From: Sedimentisphaerales bacterium
Lineage (GTDB): Bacteria > Planctomycetota > Phycisphaerae > Sedimentisphaerales > SM23-30
Assembly (NCBI GenBank): GCA_963666285.1
Contig: OY762711.1
Strand: one strand, 5' to 3'
Length of the DNA: 64,000 bases
In this document: piece by piece, positions 60,197 through 64,000 of the stretch
How the letters are laid out: each line of letters opens with the position of its first letter
Position numbering within the stretch: position 1 is the stretch's first letter
Notes under the pieces: generated by a model
What the model was told of the DNA's origin: nothing
The model's input: the letters and a program-made list of their open reading frames with translations, nothing else
The model's database searches: none
Made by a program: the position numbers and the translations under genes

Positions 60197-62245
60197 ATGA
60201 CGAAGTATTCCGTTGAAGATATCCGCAATGTAGTATTGGTTGGGCATGCGGGGGCCGGTAAAACCACCCTTGGAGAAGCTATTCTTCATAAGTCTGGCAT
60301 TACCAATCGTTTAGGTAGTGTTGATGATAAAACCAGCATACTTGATACAGACGATGAAGAACGTGCCGGCGGGCATTCTATTGATTCAGCAATCATGCAT
60401 GTTAATCATAAAAATAAAGAGTTGAATCTTATAGATACCCCAGGTTATCCTGATTTTATCGGTGCCGCGTTGAGTGCTCTACCGGCAGCTGAAACTGCAG
60501 TAGTTGTTATAAGTGCATCAGCAGGTATTCAAATGAATACCATCAAGATGTTTAACCAGGCAAAAGCTCGCGGTATGGCGTGTGTTATATTGATTAACAA
60601 AATTGATTCGGATCCTGGCAATCTTACAGATCTGTTAGCAAGTATTAAAGAAACATTTGGCTCTGAGTGTTGTTGTGCCAATGTTGCTTCATCTGATGGC
60701 AGCAGTGTTATTGATTGTATCATTAATGAAGAAGGTGATGGCTTTATTGATATAGCAGATGCCCATACAGAATTTCTTGATACAGTGGTCGAAATTGATG
60801 AAGATTTGATGGAAGCTTATCTTGGCGGCGAAGAAATTGCACCTGCAAAGAAACAAGCGGCAATGAGTAAAGCTATTATCAGTCAGCATCTTGTACCTGT
60901 TCTGTTCTGCAGTGCAAAACATGAAACTGGTGTAAATGAATTTGTAGATTTTCTGTCTGATTGTTGCCCCTCTCCGGTTAATGGATTAAAGGCGAAACTC
61001 GTTAAAGGTGAAGGTGATGATACTGTTGAGACAGAAGTGGCACCTGATGCATCTGCTCCGGTTGTGGGTATGGCATTCAGAGTTTGTGCCGATCCAAAAA
61101 CAAATATTAAGCAAACTGCTATAAGACTGTATAGTGGACATATAGAGTCAGATACTAACCTGCTTACAAGTGCTGGTAAAAAGATGCGTGCCGGACAGGT
61201 TCAGAAGCTTCAAGGCGATACACTTGAAAAAATGGATAGCATTGAAGCTGGTGATATAGTAGTATTAAGTAAACTGGAAGACCTGCATATCCTTGATACC
61301 TTATATTCTGGTAATGCTGATCCAGGTGTAGTAAAACTTCCTAAGCTTCCGGTGCCTATGTATTCATTGGCGTTGGAACCTAAAAGTCGTGGTGACGAAG
61401 GCAAGATTTCCGGAGCTCTTCATGAAATAGCAGCGTCAGATCCTACTTTTATTATCTCGCGCGATCCGCAGACACATGAGACTATTGTAAGTGGTGTAGG
61501 AGAATTGCACGCTAGAGTAGTTCTCAATCGGATGAAGCATAGACGCGGTCTTGAAGTTAATACCAAGCCACCACGTATTCCATATAAGGAAACAATTCTA
61601 GGGTCAGCTAAAGGTATTGAATATACTCATAAGAAACAGTCTGGTGGTTCAGGCCAGTTTGCTCGCGTTGTTATAGACGTAGAGGCAAATCAGTCTGGAG
61701 CTGGTTATGAATTTGTTGATAGTATTTTTGGCGGTTCTATCGATCAGCAGTATCGCCCGTCAGTAGATAAAGGTTGTCAGGCTGCTATGGAACAAGGTGT
61801 TCTTGCCGGTTTCCCTGTAGTCGATGTTAAAGTAAACCTTGTCGATGGTAAAACTCATCCTGTTGACAGTAAAGATATTGCATTCCAGACTGCCGGTCGT
61901 GAAGCGTTTAGAGAAGGCTTTTTGAAAGCAAAACCAACTTTGCTGGAACCTATAGTTCATATGGAAGTAACAGTTCCATCTGAAAAGGTTGGTGATATTT
62001 CTGGTGACTTGTCTGGCCGCCGTGGCCGCGTTCAGGGTCAGGATGTGTTGCCAGGAAATATGACATGTATAAAAGCTGAAGTTCCGTTATCAGAGGTTCA
62101 GCAGTATAGTTCTCAGCTTAATAGTGCTACAGGCGGAATGGGAAGTTTCTCAATGGAGCTTAGCCATTATGAGCCTGCACCGCCAAATGTTGTTCAGCAG
62201 GTGGTGGAAAAAGCAAAAGCTGACCAGGAAGCAGCACATGCATAA
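60197..62245 (+). CDS. fusA: Elongation factor G paralogue (EF-G2/FusA2-like)
   Basis: GGAGG RBS; GHAGAGKTT, DTPGYPDF, NKID, DPTF, GVGELH, PYKETI, KKQSGGSGQFA, HPVDS, LLEPI. Divergent switch I (GGHSI instead of RGITI); stand-alone rather than in the str operon. Confidence 0.88.
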   Translation: MTKYSVEDIRNVVLVGHAGAGKTTLGEAILHKSGITNRLGSVDDKTSILDTDDEERAGGHSIDSAIMHVNHKNKELNLIDTPGYPDFIGAALSALPAAETAVVVISASAGIQMNTIKMFNQAKARGMACVILINKIDSDPGNLTDLLASIKETFGSECCCANVASSDGSSVIDCIINEEGDGFIDIADAHTEFLDTVVEIDEDLMEAYLGGEEIAPAKKQAAMSKAIISQHLVPVLFCSAKHETGVNEFVDFLSDCCPSPVNGLKAKLVKGEGDDTVETEVAPDASAPVVGMAFRVCADPKTNIKQTAIRLYSGHIESDTNLLTSAGKKMRAGQVQKLQGDTLEKMDSIEAGDIVVLSKLEDLHILDTLYSGNADPGVVKLPKLPVPMYSLALEPKSRGDEGKISGALHEIAASDPTFIISRDPQTHETIVSGVGELHARVVLNRMKHRRGLEVNTKPPRIPYKETILGSAKGIEYTHKKQSGGSGQFARVVIDVEANQSGAGYEFVDSIFGGSIDQQYRPSVDKGCQAAMEQGVLAGFPVVDVKVNLVDGKTHPVDSKDIAFQTAGREAFREGFLKAKPTLLEPIVHMEVTVPSEKVGDISGDLSGRRGRVQGQDVLPGNMTCIKAEVPLSEVQQYSSQLNSATGGMGSFSMELSHYEPAPPNVVQQVVEKAKADQEAAHA

Positions 62246-62281
62246 TTTCGTTTTGTAAAATTGGATGTTTGGTTTGAATAT

Positions 62282-62314
62282 AAAAAGGATAGCTCGTTAA
62301 TAGCTATTCTTTTT
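62282..62314. terminator. Bidirectional terminator-like hairpin
   Basis: AAAAAGGATAGCT...AGCTATTCTTTTT between convergent genes. Confidence 0.65.
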
Positions 62315-62344
62315 ATTTTTTTGGAATATATGAATTGATTTTGC

Positions 62345-63643
62345 TTATTCTGGTCTTTTCAAGGTTACTACTGCCGTGTCATCGAATCTTCGAGTAAGGC
62401 CGGTAAATTTCCTCATAATCCATGTAATATTATTTGCTGCTTGTGAGGCAGTCATGTTTGCTGATTCAGTTAAGGCAGCTTTTATTCTTTCCATACCAAA
62501 TGATTCGTTGTCAAAATTACGGGCATCAGTTAAACCGTCGGTATAGGCTATTAGAAGATCACCGGGATTAAATTTAACCGTTTCCGGGTCGCATTCATAG
62601 TCAGAAGATATCCCAAGAACCATGCCGCCGGACTGAAGTTTTGAAATGTTGCCATTATTATAGAATAAAGCCGGTTCATGTCCGCAACTACAGTATTCAA
62701 GAATATGGTCTTTTAATGAATATATGCCAAAAAATGCAGTTGCAAACTCTCCGGACAGGGAATCATGATGCAGGCTGCGGTTGACACGCTGAACAAGTTC
62801 TTTAACTGATAAATCCAATTCACCGTATGCCCTTATAAATGCACGGATAGAGGCCATCGCTAATGAAGCGGGTATGCCTTTACCCATAATGTCGCCGATA
62901 AAGAAAAGGACTTTATTGCTTTCTTTTAAGTAAACAAAATCATAAAAATCACCACCGACATCATAACATGGGGCATATGCTCCTCCACATTGAAGCCCAT
63001 CAAATTGAGGCGGATTAGCAGGTAGAAGCTGTCTTTGAACTGTGCCGGCCAGTTTCATTTGGCGTGCAATTCTTTCTCCTTCAAGCGCTTCTTTATATAA
63101 TCTGGCATTAACTATAGCGGCAGCAGATTGAGCGGCAATAGTCTGGGCCAGTTTGATAGCGGCCGGGGGAAAATATCTTTTCTTCTTGCTGTATAGCCTT
63201 AGTATTCCAATACCTTTATTTCTATGAATTAGTCCTATACTAAGGCTGCTCACAATACCTTCAGACTTGATTTTATCATGATAGCGGGTGAAGTTGGTGT
63301 CAGCTTGCATATTATTGACTATAACGGGTTCTCCGTTAAGTGCTTTAATGTTGAGCTCACTTTCGGTGGCTGTCACAGGGCCTTTAGTGATATAAGCATC
63401 ACTGAGCTGGTAGGTCGCCTTTAGCTCCAGCCTACCGGTTTCTTCGTCAAGCAGCCGTAATCCGGCGGCATCCAGTCCGAGAGATTGAGTAACTGTTTTT
63501 ACAACAATCTCAAGTACGTGTTTAATGTCCATTGGGCTGGTCAGTAGTTGTGATGTTTCATAAACTTCTGACAGACTTGTATTTAGGAGTTGTACCTTTC
63601 TGTCCAGTTTGCTTTGTGTTTTATTTTCGGCGGGCATATCCAT
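62345..63643 (-). CDS. GAF-domain PP2C/SpoIIE serine phosphatase (RsbU-like)
   Basis: N-terminal GAF (LRLLDEE...IGILRLYS...AIVNARLY); VQRQLLP, VGGDFYD, IGDIMGKG, FATAF, GHEP, YTDGLTD, DDTAVV. Confidence 0.92.
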   Translation of the reverse strand: MDMPAENKTQSKLDRKVQLLNTSLSEVYETSQLLTSPMDIKHVLEIVVKTVTQSLGLDAAGLRLLDEETGRLELKATYQLSDAYITKGPVTATESELNIKALNGEPVIVNNMQADTNFTRYHDKIKSEGIVSSLSIGLIHRNKGIGILRLYSKKKRYFPPAAIKLAQTIAAQSAAAIVNARLYKEALEGERIARQMKLAGTVQRQLLPANPPQFDGLQCGGAYAPCYDVGGDFYDFVYLKESNKVLFFIGDIMGKGIPASLAMASIRAFIRAYGELDLSVKELVQRVNRSLHHDSLSGEFATAFFGIYSLKDHILEYCSCGHEPALFYNNGNISKLQSGGMVLGISSDYECDPETVKFNPGDLLIAYTDGLTDARNFDNESFGMERIKAALTESANMTASQAANNITWIMRKFTGLTRRFDDTAVVTLKRPE

Positions 63644-64000
63644 TATTTCCTGTTCTATTCGCTTCCTTGCGACTAATTGTGACCATTTGCCTTGGATATT
63701 ATCGGCAAAGGCAAATGGAAATCAACAAAAAACCGTATTTATATATAATATGGCAATTTCATGTTTTTATTCTCAATTTATATAATTTTTTATGTTATTT
63801 TAATCATAATAGATAAATTTAGTTTTTATAAATCCTCTCCTGTTATAGATACTATAAATGTCTGTCCTATAATAGGATGTCCAAAAAAAAATATAAAAAA
63901 AACACTGCTTTTTAGTAAGTTCTTATCTTAATTGATATTAAAGGGTTACATTAAAACAGGCTGTTAAGGTAGGTAAGTTTTGACTATTTATTTGAGAAAT

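Noticed and set aside
1..64000. tRNA, rRNA, transposase, integrase or phage genes
   Set aside because: None recognisable by eye.

Overview
AT-rich bacterial window, most likely a planctomycete of the Phycisphaerae/Sedimentisphaerales type. This is inferred from a LEPR-XLL leader protein, a prepilin/H-X9-DG (DUF1559-type) protein, a XylR-type LacI-SBP+AraC regulator, and many acidic secreted proteins with 'DxNxDxxVxxxDFxxxAxxWL' dockerin-like tags. Bases 1-45.4 kb form a large pectin utilisation locus. Its backbone module contains a PL10-CE12 fusion, three PL1, PL11, GH105, GH106, GH28, two SASA-type esterases and a GH65/95-like hydrolase. A central XylR-type regulator is followed by a side-chain module (GH51, two GH43, a GH2-CBM32-GH43 fusion, GH97). 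No SusC/SusD, TonB-dependent, ABC or MFS transporter is visible; instead the locus carries non-catalytic dockerin-tagged proteins and a pilin-like DUF1559 protein. After the locus come a GLUG/dockerin/LamG gene, a ~0.7 kb intergenic mosaic of palindromes and short tandem repeats, a 3194-aa LEPR-XLL surface protein with a long structured leader, apbE, an EF-G paralogue and a GAF-SpoIIE phosphatase. All family calls come from motif recognition by eye; no database search was run.
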